Of a stretch of 64,000 bases of DNA, positions 9,650-18,570 are shown in pieces. The notes under the pieces are model-generated. The model ran no database searches. It had not been told where the DNA came from and worked only from the letters and a program-made list of their open reading frames with translations. Position numbers and translations under genes: made by a program. Position 1 is the stretch's first letter. Every line of letters starts with the position of its first letter. The DNA lies in IMG/VR virus record IMGVR_UViG_3300009537_002640, positions 62,001-126,000 of that record. One strand, given 5' to 3'.

Positions 9650-10210
9650 TTATTGCCATTCCTGCAATTTGTAAAAACGGTGGGCTGCTAGATAATCCCC
9701 CTCTAAAAAATACTCTTGTGGGATAACGCAATACTCTTTGAACCCATTTCTATCTAGCACTTTAATAGAGCCTATGTTGCCTTCTACCACACCCGCTTCA
9801 ATCTTATTCATGTTGAGTCTATTGAAGCAATAATCTGAGAGAAGACTCACTACCTCGGTAGCTATACCTGCACCCCAGTAGTTTTCTTCCCCTATCATGT
9901 ATCCAACTTCTGCTCGTCTAGAAATCCAATCAATGCTATTTATAGATGTTGTCCCTATATAGTTGAGATACTCGTTGTCTTGAACTAGTGCATCCTTAAC
10001 TTTATCATAGGACAAATTGGACATCATTGCGAACCTCATTTCCCTTTGTCCATCTGGAATTGTTATTTCCTCTCTACACAAAGGTATGCGACCGGCGAAC
10101 ATATATCTATTAACCCTATGGTCATTAAGCCAATCTATGTATTTAGCAGTCACGTGACGGTCTGTGAATTTTACCAGTCTAACCTTGCTGCCCTTCAAGT
10201 ATTCCATCAC
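9650..10210 (-). CDS. GNAT N-acetyltransferase (PseH/RimL-like)
   Basis: YIDWLND, AEVGYMIGE..YWGAGIATE, LNMNKIEAGV..NIGSIKVLDRNGF. Confidence 0.85.
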   Translation of the reverse strand: MMEYLKGSKVRLVKFTDRHVTAKYIDWLNDHRVNRYMFAGRIPLCREEITIPDGQREMRFAMMSNLSYDKVKDALVQDNEYLNYIGTTSINSIDWISRRAEVGYMIGEENYWGAGIATEVVSLLSDYCFNRLNMNKIEAGVVEGNIGSIKVLDRNGFKEYCVIPQEYFLEGDYLAAHRFYKLQEWQ

Positions 10211-10458
10211 ATCACCCGCGTGTATTTTATTTCATCCGTATCTTGCCTAAACTCTACAGCGAACTTCTTAATCCTTCGCATATCACTTCCGCGAACCTCG
10301 GTGCGCTTAAATACACCTTGTTTAATAACCTCTCTCCAGCTCACATAAACAACAGTCCACTCTTTGCCAGAGTTTCTAGAGGTGCCATCTTCAGCATACA
10401 ACTTGGCTTCCTTTGTTAATACAGCTTCATATAGCTTTACTATAGCTGGGTCTATCAT
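10207..10458 (-). CDS. Hypothetical protein
   Basis: 83-aa ORF with 4-nt start/stop overlaps on both sides. Confidence 0.6.
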   Translation of the reverse strand: MIDPAIVKLYEAVLTKEAKLYAEDGTSRNSGKEWTVVYVSWREVIKQGVFKRTEVRGSDMRRIKKFAVEFRQDTDEIKYTRVM

Positions 10459-10877
10459 TGTTTACCTCCCAATTGATCCATAGCTCGTGCAACAAGTTCA
10501 CTGGAACTCTGTGCCTTTTCACCACCTAGATTCCATACGAGCTTTATGTCTAGTTCTTCACACAAAGCAACCTCGGGAGTATTTTCATTCTTCCTGTCGC
10601 CACCATTCCCAAAATACATCACACCGGCCCTATGTTCCCTTAGAGCCTCACACACCGTATCGTCGCTGTCGTCAACTGGAACTACATACTCTACGTTTTC
10701 AAGATTCAATAATATCTCGCAGCGTTCTTCCCATGGCATAAACACGTAGCCCTTCTTTCTCTTGAGCCAGGCGTCACTATTGAGGATGATAAGAACTTTG
10801 TCCACTTTAGCAGCATCGTTTATCATCCTCAGGTGCCCAATATGCAACGGGTCAAAACCACCAGACAAAGCTATCAT
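10455..10877 (-). CDS. HxGH cytidylyltransferase (TagD/glycerol-3-phosphate cytidylyltransferase-like)
   Basis: SGGFDPLHIGHL, LNSDAWL.RKKG, FGNGGDR, SSS. Confidence 0.88.
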   Translation of the reverse strand: MIALSGGFDPLHIGHLRMINDAAKVDKVLIILNSDAWLKRKKGYVFMPWEERCEILLNLENVEYVVPVDDSDDTVCEALREHRAGVMYFGNGGDRKNENTPEVALCEELDIKLVWNLGGEKAQSSSELVARAMDQLGGKQ

Positions 10878-11587
10878 ACCATTGCATCCTTTATAGCCTT
10901 ATTTAAGTCTCCGTGCTTATCATACTCTCTTGTTAAAGCTACCAACATATCGTAATCTTCTTTAGTATCGAATGAAAAATCTTTGATTTTCTGACTGATT
11001 TGACTATTAGGCCGATTATTTAGAAATGGATAAATATCATACTTGGTGCCTACCCTGTACATATATGGGCTAACGTGCTCTCTCATCTGTTGGTCTTTGG
11101 CATATTTCCATGTTTCAGCCAACATCCAATAAGGAAATATTTCTACATCAGTTCCGTCTGGATATGGATTAGGAGATATCAACCCATTGTTTCCCATAAA
11201 GCCATTGTATCCTCTACTAAGATATTCAATCAACATTTCGTCTATGATATATCCTTGAATGAGAGGACAGTCTGCCGTAACCCTAACTATTAGGTTAATT
11301 CCCACTCTTCTGGCTGCTTGGAAATATCTATCCACTAAATCGTCAGAATCTCCAAAATAAACACTAAACCGGCCGTCCACAACTTCAGTAAACTCACCCT
11401 TGCTGTCTCGCTCTAAAAACTCTTGTTTATCATACTCTGGCATAGCAAGCACAATCCTCTGTGGTACTGCTGCACTCTTAACACCTTCCAAGACTCGCTG
11501 TAATGTATATTTGCCATTGATATCCTGATATGTCTTTCTAGGAAATCTATTAGAACCTGTGCGTGCCTGAATTATAACTCCAATCAT
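10874..11587 (-). CDS. SpsF/PseF-like CMP-sugar cytidylyltransferase
   Basis: IIQARTGSNRFPRK, DLVDRY, IVRVTADCPL, YPDGTDVE, REHVSPY, FDTKEDY. Start moved to ATG 11587, which follows a GGAG RBS. Confidence 0.88.
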   Translation of the reverse strand: MIGVIIQARTGSNRFPRKTYQDINGKYTLQRVLEGVKSAAVPQRIVLAMPEYDKQEFLERDSKGEFTEVVDGRFSVYFGDSDDLVDRYFQAARRVGINLIVRVTADCPLIQGYIIDEMLIEYLSRGYNGFMGNNGLISPNPYPDGTDVEIFPYWMLAETWKYAKDQQMREHVSPYMYRVGTKYDIYPFLNNRPNSQISQKIKDFSFDTKEDYDMLVALTREYDKHGDLNKAIKDAMV

Positions 11588-11675
11588 TCTACACTCCAAC
11601 TTATAAAAGCTTTCGCACCTACCCCCTAAGATATTATGGTAAGTGCCCGAATAAACACAATATTACCTGCTTAGT

Positions 11676-12527
11676 TTAACTGCTTGTTTTGACATTATTT
11701 AAATCCTCGATAATGCTACATATTCTAGCAGAACCCCTGCCATCAATATAGCTCTTAGCGAATCTACTCAAAGACTCTCTTTTGTAACTACTCTCTAACA
11801 ATTCCTCCACATGGCCCTTAAGACGCAACATATCACTCTCTATACATCCCTCTGGAAACATTTTTATGTTAGTGAGCTGATGTTCATACTGAGGAATTGC
11901 GATTGTGGGTAGCCCGAAACACATAGCTTGTATCAGAGTAAGCCCACCGTTAGTTATTCCTATCATACAGTCTTGCATGGCGTTATAGTAGTCATCCTCA
12001 GTTAAAACCTCTACGTTCTTAAAAAACATCTTGAAATTAGAATGGTTTATACTCCTAGCCACTATCACTGGCACATCCATAGATTCTAGCATTCTGACTA
12101 CTCTGTATGCCAAATTATTAGCGTCAAAGCCTCCCATGGCAACAAATGCTGTTTTAGACTTAGTGTCCAGTCTATATGTTTCGCTATAAGAGGGCTTCGG
12201 TATAGCAAAGTACTTCGCGCCCTGATACTGTGCAAGTGGATTATAAATAGCGCTAACGCTTGCGTCTACCAACTCTACATCTTCTTCGGCACCATCTATA
12301 AGCACAACCTTTACTCCCGCAGCTTTCGCCTTAAGTATCAAGTCCCTTTGGGTGTGTATATGGTCAACTACAAGAACCTTTGCTTCTGGATTACATTCCC
12401 TATTCTGAACCCAAGATGTAACATGACCTCTGGAGGATAGTTCGCGTGCAATTTCCAATAATCTGTATAAATGCCCGGTACCTATTTCACGCTTCTCTCC
12501 ATGTTCACAAAACAAAGAAACATGCAT
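11676..12527 (-). CDS. PseG/SpsG-like nucleotide-sugar hydrolase (GT-B fold)
   Basis: IGTGHLYRLLEIA, VAMGGFD, ITNGGLTL..AMCFGLP, EHQL, IDGRGSARI. Confidence 0.82.
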   Translation of the reverse strand: MHVSLFCEHGEKREIGTGHLYRLLEIARELSSRGHVTSWVQNRECNPEAKVLVVDHIHTQRDLILKAKAAGVKVVLIDGAEEDVELVDASVSAIYNPLAQYQGAKYFAIPKPSYSETYRLDTKSKTAFVAMGGFDANNLAYRVVRMLESMDVPVIVARSINHSNFKMFFKNVEVLTEDDYYNAMQDCMIGITNGGLTLIQAMCFGLPTIAIPQYEHQLTNIKMFPEGCIESDMLRLKGHVEELLESSYKRESLSRFAKSYIDGRGSARICSIIEDLNNVKTSS

Positions 12528-13351
12528 TATGAATATCTCCTATAAGGCACTGACCCTTGTTCTATATCCTGCAACCCTATCGTACCATCTCCAAGCATTG
12601 ACTCATGTTCGCGTATGGCATCTATCATGTCTCTCATCATTCTTGGGTCAGCTGATACAGCATTATCTGGAGAGCCATCATTCAAGTCAAGCGTAAAGTG
12701 CTTTTCTACAACTGTAGCTCCCATAAATACAGATAGGGATGGGACTAAAATATCATTAGTGTGGTCACTATACCCAACCTCTATCCTTCCGTGCAATAAC
12801 CTGCGTAAAGTTTTAATTGCACTCAGGTTTACCTCATGTTCTGGTGTTGGATAAGAAGAAACGCAATGCAACACGGCCAGTGAATTTACGTCTGGCAAGC
12901 ATGTGAGTGCGCTAGAAAGCTCAGCCGGGTTAGCCATTCCAGTAGACATCACTACCTTTAGTGCCGCATATCTTTTTGCACACTCGTTAATTAGAACCAA
13001 TTGAATGCGGTTTGTTAAGTCCATAGATGCTATCTTAACCCTTCTAACCCCCAGGTCTTCAACTAAGAATGCTAAAGAGTGCTCGTCAAACGGAGTGGAA
13101 AAAAATTCAATGCCAACTTTATCAGCGTGCCACTTAACATCAGCCGTTTGCTCATAGGACAGCTCGCACCTCTTTAGAATCTCGTATGCCCCTTGAGATG
13201 GATTAGACCTAAGGTCCGCCTGATAAGTTTGAAACTTAATGGCGTCTGCCCCGGCCTCTTTGGCTGCTTCGACAAGAGCCATTGCTTTTCCAACATCACC
13301 GCCATGATTTATTCCAGCTTCTGCAATTATAAACGCTTCTTTCTGATACAT
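12527..13351 (-). CDS. neuB: Nonulosonate synthase (NeuB/PseI/SpsE family), short form
   Basis: IIAEAGINHGGD, DAIKFQTY, FFSTPFD, KIAS, MSTGM, LHCVSSYP, GYSDHT, VEKHFTLD. Start set at ATG 13351 (GAGGAG RBS). Confidence 0.92.
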   Translation of the reverse strand: MYQKEAFIIAEAGINHGGDVGKAMALVEAAKEAGADAIKFQTYQADLRSNPSQGAYEILKRCELSYEQTADVKWHADKVGIEFFSTPFDEHSLAFLVEDLGVRRVKIASMDLTNRIQLVLINECAKRYAALKVVMSTGMANPAELSSALTCLPDVNSLAVLHCVSSYPTPEHEVNLSAIKTLRRLLHGRIEVGYSDHTNDILVPSLSVFMGATVVEKHFTLDLNDGSPDNAVSADPRMMRDMIDAIREHESMLGDGTIGLQDIEQGSVPYRRYS

Positions 13352-13362
13352 CTTCTCTCCTC

Positions 13363-15111
13363 TTACTCCACAGTTACACTTTTGGCCAAATTTCTTGGCT
13401 TGTCTATATTGCACCCGCGCAAATCAGCTACATGATATGCCAATAACTGAAGCACCACTGACGCTGTAAATACCGTGGCACTTTCGTGGTGTTCTGGTAT
13501 CTTAATGACTTTATCCACAATATGTTCTGCCAACTCATCGTTTTCGCCTACCACTGCAATTGTAAAAGCACCCCGAGCCTTTACTTCTTCAATATTGGAT
13601 AATACCTTTGGATACACATTACTGTATCTATCTGCTATAAAAATACATGGCACGTTGTGATGTATCAAAGCTATGGGGCCATGCTTTAGTTCACCAGCCG
13701 GATAAGCTTCGGCATGCACATATGAAATCTCTTTTAGTTTCAGGGCTCCCTCTTGAGCAATCGGCACTCCATAGCCCCTACCTAAAAAAAACATAGAGTT
13801 TGCATGATAGATATTTTTTGCTGCTTGCGCAATATTTTGTTCCTGTTGTAACACTTGCTCCATCAATTCTGGAACCCTATATACCCAATCCGGCAAATCC
13901 ACTAATGCATTTGCCAACATAAACAACACGGCCACTTGAGCAGTAAAAGACTTGGTTGAGGCCACACTAATCTCAGGACCAGCCCATGTACAAATACTGG
14001 CGTCAGCCTCTCGTGTCATTGTAGAACCAAGGCGATTAATTACAGTCAGAACATATACATTTTTTTCTTTTGCGAGCTTGATAGCCTCTAGAGTATCAGC
14101 GGTCTCTCCTGATTGACTTACTGCGACCATCACTACATCATCATCCAGAACTCTATTATAGTATCTAAGCTCTGATGCTAATCTAACATCACAATCTATC
14201 CCTTTCGATTCAAAATATATTTGGGCGGTTAGGCAAGCATGATAGCTGGTACCGCATGCAGTGAGCAGGATTTTCTTGTTCTGAAATTGATTCTTCTCAA
14301 CCAGTTCCATAATAGGAACCAGATTTCTTTCCCAGCATTCCCTGATAACTTCTGGTTGTTCAAAAATCTCTTTGTGCATATAGGTATCATGATTTTGATG
14401 CCCCAAGACACCAAACACATCACTCATAATACTAATCGTTTCTGCTCTTGTCTCGTTGCCATTTGCATCGTATAGTTTAATAGAGCCTGATGCAAGTTCA
14501 GCTGTTTGACCATCTTTCATCACTATAGCCTCACTGGCATGACCAATAAGCGCATAGATATCAGACGCCACCGCTGCACCTTTCTCGCAAACACCAATTA
14601 CCAGTGGAGATTGTTTACACGCCAACACTATTTTATCTGGCTCATTTGGAGACATTGCTACGAACGCATAAGAACCCTTGAGCAGTGGAAGGGTCTGTTG
14701 GAGCCGCATAAGTAATGTTCCATCGAAGCTATTAATAACACCAGCGGCTATTTCGGTGTCTGTTTGGGATACTGGATTATACCCCTCGGACAATTCTTTG
14801 TAGTTCTCTATTATCCCATTGTGTACCAATATTACATCACCCACCATATGCGGATGTGCATTAGTTTCATTCGGCTCCCCATGCGTGGCCCATCGTGTAT
14901 GACCAATAGCTATAGAAGATTTAACTGCTGTATCTAGCTTTTTGAAAAGATTAGATACCTCGCCCTTGGCTTTGATTAAGCTCACGCCATCCTCAAGCAA
15001 GTACGCTATACCCGCTGAATCATAGCCCCTATACTCCAAGGTTTTAAGCCCGTGCTTAACATTATGAATCGCATTCTTAGCGTCACTAATGAAGCCTACT
15101 ATTCCACACAT
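13363..15111 (-). CDS. glmS: Glutamine--fructose-6-phosphate transaminase (isomerizing)
   Basis: MCGIVG, LEYRGYDSAG, GHTRWATHG, HNGIIENY, SQSGETADT, EGALKLKEISY, ELKHGP, DKPRNLAKSVTVE. Confidence 0.97.
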   Translation of the reverse strand: MCGIVGFISDAKNAIHNVKHGLKTLEYRGYDSAGIAYLLEDGVSLIKAKGEVSNLFKKLDTAVKSSIAIGHTRWATHGEPNETNAHPHMVGDVILVHNGIIENYKELSEGYNPVSQTDTEIAAGVINSFDGTLLMRLQQTLPLLKGSYAFVAMSPNEPDKIVLACKQSPLVIGVCEKGAAVASDIYALIGHASEAIVMKDGQTAELASGSIKLYDANGNETRAETISIMSDVFGVLGHQNHDTYMHKEIFEQPEVIRECWERNLVPIMELVEKNQFQNKKILLTACGTSYHACLTAQIYFESKGIDCDVRLASELRYYNRVLDDDVVMVAVSQSGETADTLEAIKLAKEKNVYVLTVINRLGSTMTREADASICTWAGPEISVASTKSFTAQVAVLFMLANALVDLPDWVYRVPELMEQVLQQEQNIAQAAKNIYHANSMFFLGRGYGVPIAQEGALKLKEISYVHAEAYPAGELKHGPIALIHHNVPCIFIADRYSNVYPKVLSNIEEVKARGAFTIAVVGENDELAEHIVDKVIKIPEHHESATVFTASVVLQLLAYHVADLRGCNIDKPRNLAKSVTVE

Positions 15112-15119
15112 TTATTACC

Positions 15120-15833
15120 TCACCATGCACTTAGTCCACCGTCTACTACTAAATTCTGTCCCGTAATATAACTAGAGAGTGGGCTGAGCAAAAATAGAAT
15201 TGCATTCACAATTTCTTCAGGCTGTGCCATTCTTTGCATAGGCACTCGGTCTGAATATAGAAAATCGAATTGGGCATCATGGTTCTGCTGGATGCCGCCA
15301 GGACTCACTGCATTAACTCTAACACCCCTGGAAGCTAACAATACAGCTTGATATTTGGTTAACTGTATTACTCCTGCCTTAGATGCGCCATAAGCTACAG
15401 CATTGAATTCTTTTTCATCTCCCATATAAATACGAAAATCAGGACTGAGACATCCATATATACTAGCAACATTAACTATGCTAGCATTTTTGAGAGATTT
15501 GCTAAACCAATATATACAACTATTGGTTCCTGAAACATTAACGGAGAGCGTCTTTTCGAACTCATCTCTAGTAACATGTTTATCTGTACCTTTACATCCA
15601 ATCGCAGCGTTGTTAACCAAACCATCCAGGTACCCATATTTTGCGGTCACCCTGTGAAATAATTGAGATATAGAATGCTCATCAGACAAGTCCAAATCAT
15701 AATCGGCGTCATGTAAATCTGCACCTATGGGATTTGCTCCCTCTACGGTTAAGGCTCTCATAATATGCTGACCCAGAAATCCAGCCGAACCAGTCACCAA
15801 TATATTCTTGTCTTTAAGTTGGAATGTACACAT
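15120..15833 (-). CDS. SDR oxidoreductase (PtmA-like, nonulosonate-cluster type)
   Basis: VTGSAGFLG, LVNNAA, ASIYG..PDFRIY, YGASK, VNAVSPGG, ITGQNLVVDGG. Confidence 0.9.
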   Translation of the reverse strand: MCTFQLKDKNILVTGSAGFLGQHIMRALTVEGANPIGADLHDADYDLDLSDEHSISQLFHRVTAKYGYLDGLVNNAAIGCKGTDKHVTRDEFEKTLSVNVSGTNSCIYWFSKSLKNASIVNVASIYGCLSPDFRIYMGDEKEFNAVAYGASKAGVIQLTKYQAVLLASRGVRVNAVSPGGIQQNHDAQFDFLYSDRVPMQRMAQPEEIVNAILFLLSPLSSYITGQNLVVDGGLSAW

Positions 15834-15834
15834 A

Positions 15835-16140
15835 TCAATACTCTATATACTGAATCATATTTCCTATAAAATCTGCCAGGTTTCCCTCATCTATCTCTAT
15901 ATTTTCTTCTCTGATATTAAGCCCGCCATCTTTACTCATGAACTTAGATATAACCCTGTTGTCTCTAAGGGCCATCTTGTAAAAAGTCTTAGCTGCCCCT
16001 TTAACAGAATCATCAGAGTTGTTCAAAGTAATATTACAATTGGAAACAACCACCTTGAGATTCTTCTCTCGTATGTTATCCAGAGTCTTATCGAACTCTC
16101 CCATGTCACATGTAATATTACAATTAGTTATACTTAGCAT
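15835..16140 (-). CDS. Hypothetical protein
   Basis: 101-aa ORF filling the gap between two enzyme genes; the motif NCNIT occurs twice. Confidence 0.6.
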   Translation of the reverse strand: MLSITNCNITCDMGEFDKTLDNIREKNLKVVVSNCNITLNNSDDSVKGAAKTFYKMALRDNRVISKFMSKDGGLNIREENIEIDEGNLADFIGNMIQYIEY

Positions 16141-16141
16141 C

Positions 16142-17368
16142 TTATCTCCTGTAAAACTTCAGAACTTTCCTTACTGCTTCTATTACATCTGTCACGTCCT
16201 GGTCAGTTAATTTAGAGGACAGTGGTAACGAGATTGTTCTGTCTGAAACCCATTGTGCATTGGGGAAATCTTTTGCTGTCCAACCATAAGTCTTAGTATA
16301 ATAAGGGTGCGTGTGAATTGCCTGATAATGAACCCCTACACCAATACCCTCTTCTTTTAGTGCACCTAGGACAAAATCTCTATTAACCCTAAGTTGGTCT
16401 AACTTCAACTCAATAGTATATAGATGGTGCCCATGCTTAATGTTAGAGGGGTATTCGGCTGGAGTATATAGTGGTAATCCAGACAGCTGCTCGTTGTATT
16501 GTCTCCATATATGATTTCTGCGTTGCCACGACGCTTCGATGCGTTGTAACTGGCAAACACCTATTGACGCCACCAAGTCCATCATATTGTACTTAAAACC
16601 AGGAGCCAGCACTTTGTAGTGTTGGAAACCTTCTGCACCATAACGATTATGGGCATTCCTAGATAACCCATGTAGAGACATCATTCTGACTTCTTTCTCA
16701 ATCTCCTCGTTATCTGTAATCAGCATTCCTCCCTCGCCACAAGAGATGTTCTTAGTGACATAGAAAGAGAACGCACCAACATCTCCAAACGTACCGGCAT
16801 GTTTTCCGTCTATAGTGGTCTCTATGGCATGAGCACAATCCTCTATAACATACAGACTGTATCGTTTGGCTATCTCTGTTATTGGCTCCATATCACATGG
16901 CATCCCACACATGTGAACTGGAATGATAGCCTTGGTGCGTGGAGTTATCTTAGATTCGATTTGCTTCCAATCAATGTTCTGTGTCTTGCGACTAATATCA
17001 CAAAGCACAGGCTTCAACCCACTGTGAACGATAGAAGATATGGTCGCAGTGAATGTAAGGTCTGTGCTTATTACCTCATCGCCAGGTTGAAGGCCCAGTG
17101 ACACAAGAGCAAGATGTAGCGCAGCAGTACAAGAGGAGGTTCCGACTGCATACTTACTTCCTTTGTATGCAGAGAACAGCTTCTCAAATGCTATGGTTTT
17201 TGGACCAGTACTTAACCATCCCGACTTTAATGTGTTAACCACTTCATCGATTTCCGGCTGTTGTATATCAGGGCTACCAAAGACTAGAAAATTCTGTCTA
17301 ACTGGTGTCCCGCCCTCAACGGCTGGAATACTATTGGTCACTGTTTTCGGTGCTACGCTAAAACTCAT
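16142..17368 (-). CDS. DegT/DnrJ/EryC1/StrS sugar aminotransferase (PseC/SpsC-like)
   Basis: SGWLSTGPK, SCTAALHLA, IIPVHMCG, IEDCAHA, FSFYVTKNISCGEGG, GFKYNM, SLPLS. Confidence 0.93.
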   Translation of the reverse strand: MSFSVAPKTVTNSIPAVEGGTPVRQNFLVFGSPDIQQPEIDEVVNTLKSGWLSTGPKTIAFEKLFSAYKGSKYAVGTSSCTAALHLALVSLGLQPGDEVISTDLTFTATISSIVHSGLKPVLCDISRKTQNIDWKQIESKITPRTKAIIPVHMCGMPCDMEPITEIAKRYSLYVIEDCAHAIETTIDGKHAGTFGDVGAFSFYVTKNISCGEGGMLITDNEEIEKEVRMMSLHGLSRNAHNRYGAEGFQHYKVLAPGFKYNMMDLVASIGVCQLQRIEASWQRRNHIWRQYNEQLSGLPLYTPAEYPSNIKHGHHLYTIELKLDQLRVNRDFVLGALKEEGIGVGVHYQAIHTHPYYTKTYGWTAKDFPNAQWVSDRTISLPLSSKLTDQDVTDVIEAVRKVLKFYRR

Positions 17369-17369
17369 C

Positions 17370-18314
17370 TTACTTTATATACTCCGCATAATGTGTTAGG
17401 AACGATCCTACGTTCTCATGTTTTTTGATAACTAAAGGAAAGAGCAAAGATTCAGCTTCATCCATAGTAAGGTTTCTTTCAAACTTAACTCTTCTTCCGT
17501 AGCCGCCTGGTTTAATCTGCTTCTTCCAATGACTAAACCTATAGTAAGCCGAAAAGAATGCCCACCTGTCTTCTGGTGAGATTGCCCTAATGTCACTCAC
17601 CTTAAACTCCACAGGCTCAACTAAGCGTTTCGCCAAGTCTGAGTTTCTTACTATCTTTCTCAGCAAGCCTCTTCGCCTGCTACTATTTTGCAAATCTTTA
17701 GCACTATATCCAAGACAACTATACTTATCAGTGTCTCTTAGTACAGCCTTAAGCTTTTCATTCTTAAGTCCTTGTGGGACAAAGCCAACAAACTCTCTAA
17801 GTATTGGTGGTGCTATAACATCTGCAGAATATTGAATCAGCTTCAATGGGTCTACTCTACCTGCCGCAAGATGCTTCTTGACCATCTTCTTATAGGTAGT
17901 CTTGGTAAAATATTTCTGGTCGCCGTATCTTGATCCATACTTATACGTGTGGCTCCATTGCCTATCGCTCTTACTATATGCGCATGAAAAAGATTTGATG
18001 AGCATATCGCCGAATTTCTTTTGCACAGACTTTGGAAACTTATCAATGATAGCATCTGTAAAGATGATATTCGAGTCTCCCATGCCATATGTTTTATTCT
18101 CGCTGTCGCTTAGCATTTTCTCCATTCTAGATGTAAGCAAATCGAACAGCTGCTCTTTGTCTTTTTTTCGTGCGCCTTCATAAAGCGCTAACCACTCTTG
18201 GTTGCTAAAACTAATATCGCTTTCATATGCAGATATGAAGTCCATAAAAACCTGTGGTGATTTCTTATACATCTTAACCAGGGATTGTGTTCCCCCTTGA
18301 AAATCAAAACTCAT
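17370..18314 (-). CDS. Hypothetical protein (basic, probably helical)
   Basis: 314-aa in-operon ORF; no motif recognised. Confidence 0.7.
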   Translation of the reverse strand: MSFDFQGGTQSLVKMYKKSPQVFMDFISAYESDISFSNQEWLALYEGARKKDKEQLFDLLTSRMEKMLSDSENKTYGMGDSNIIFTDAIIDKFPKSVQKKFGDMLIKSFSCAYSKSDRQWSHTYKYGSRYGDQKYFTKTTYKKMVKKHLAAGRVDPLKLIQYSADVIAPPILREFVGFVPQGLKNEKLKAVLRDTDKYSCLGYSAKDLQNSSRRRGLLRKIVRNSDLAKRLVEPVEFKVSDIRAISPEDRWAFFSAYYRFSHWKKQIKPGGYGRRVKFERNLTMDEAESLLFPLVIKKHENVGSFLTHYAEYIK

Positions 18315-18327
18315 TATAAGCCTTTCG

Positions 18328-18570
18328 TTATATCTTATATTTATCTATGAATGAATTAGTGTCTTTCGTTTCTAGACAACTGCTACCTCTAGTCCAGTTG
18401 CCATCTCCCGTATATATGTTTATACCCCAAATGTCCTCGCCACTTAAAGCGTCAACCACTTTATTGGAGCGATAAATATAAGTAATTTTTCCATTACCAT
18501 CATTCTGCCCACCAGTAATAGGCGGCTTTAGTGTCCACTGATAAAGAAACTGAAGAACCGGGTCAATCAT
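18328..18570 (-). CDS. Hypothetical protein
   Basis: 80-aa ORF with an ATGA overlap with the upstream gene. Confidence 0.55.
   Translation of the reverse strand: MIDPVLQFLYQWTLKPPITGGQNDGNGKITYIYRSNKVVDALSGEDIWGINIYTGDGNWTRGSSCLETKDTNSFIDKYKI

Noticed and set aside
3892-18088. Nested minus-strand ORFs 3892..4128, 14229..14423 and 17852..18088
   Set aside because: They are alternative-frame ORFs wholly inside well-supported genes.
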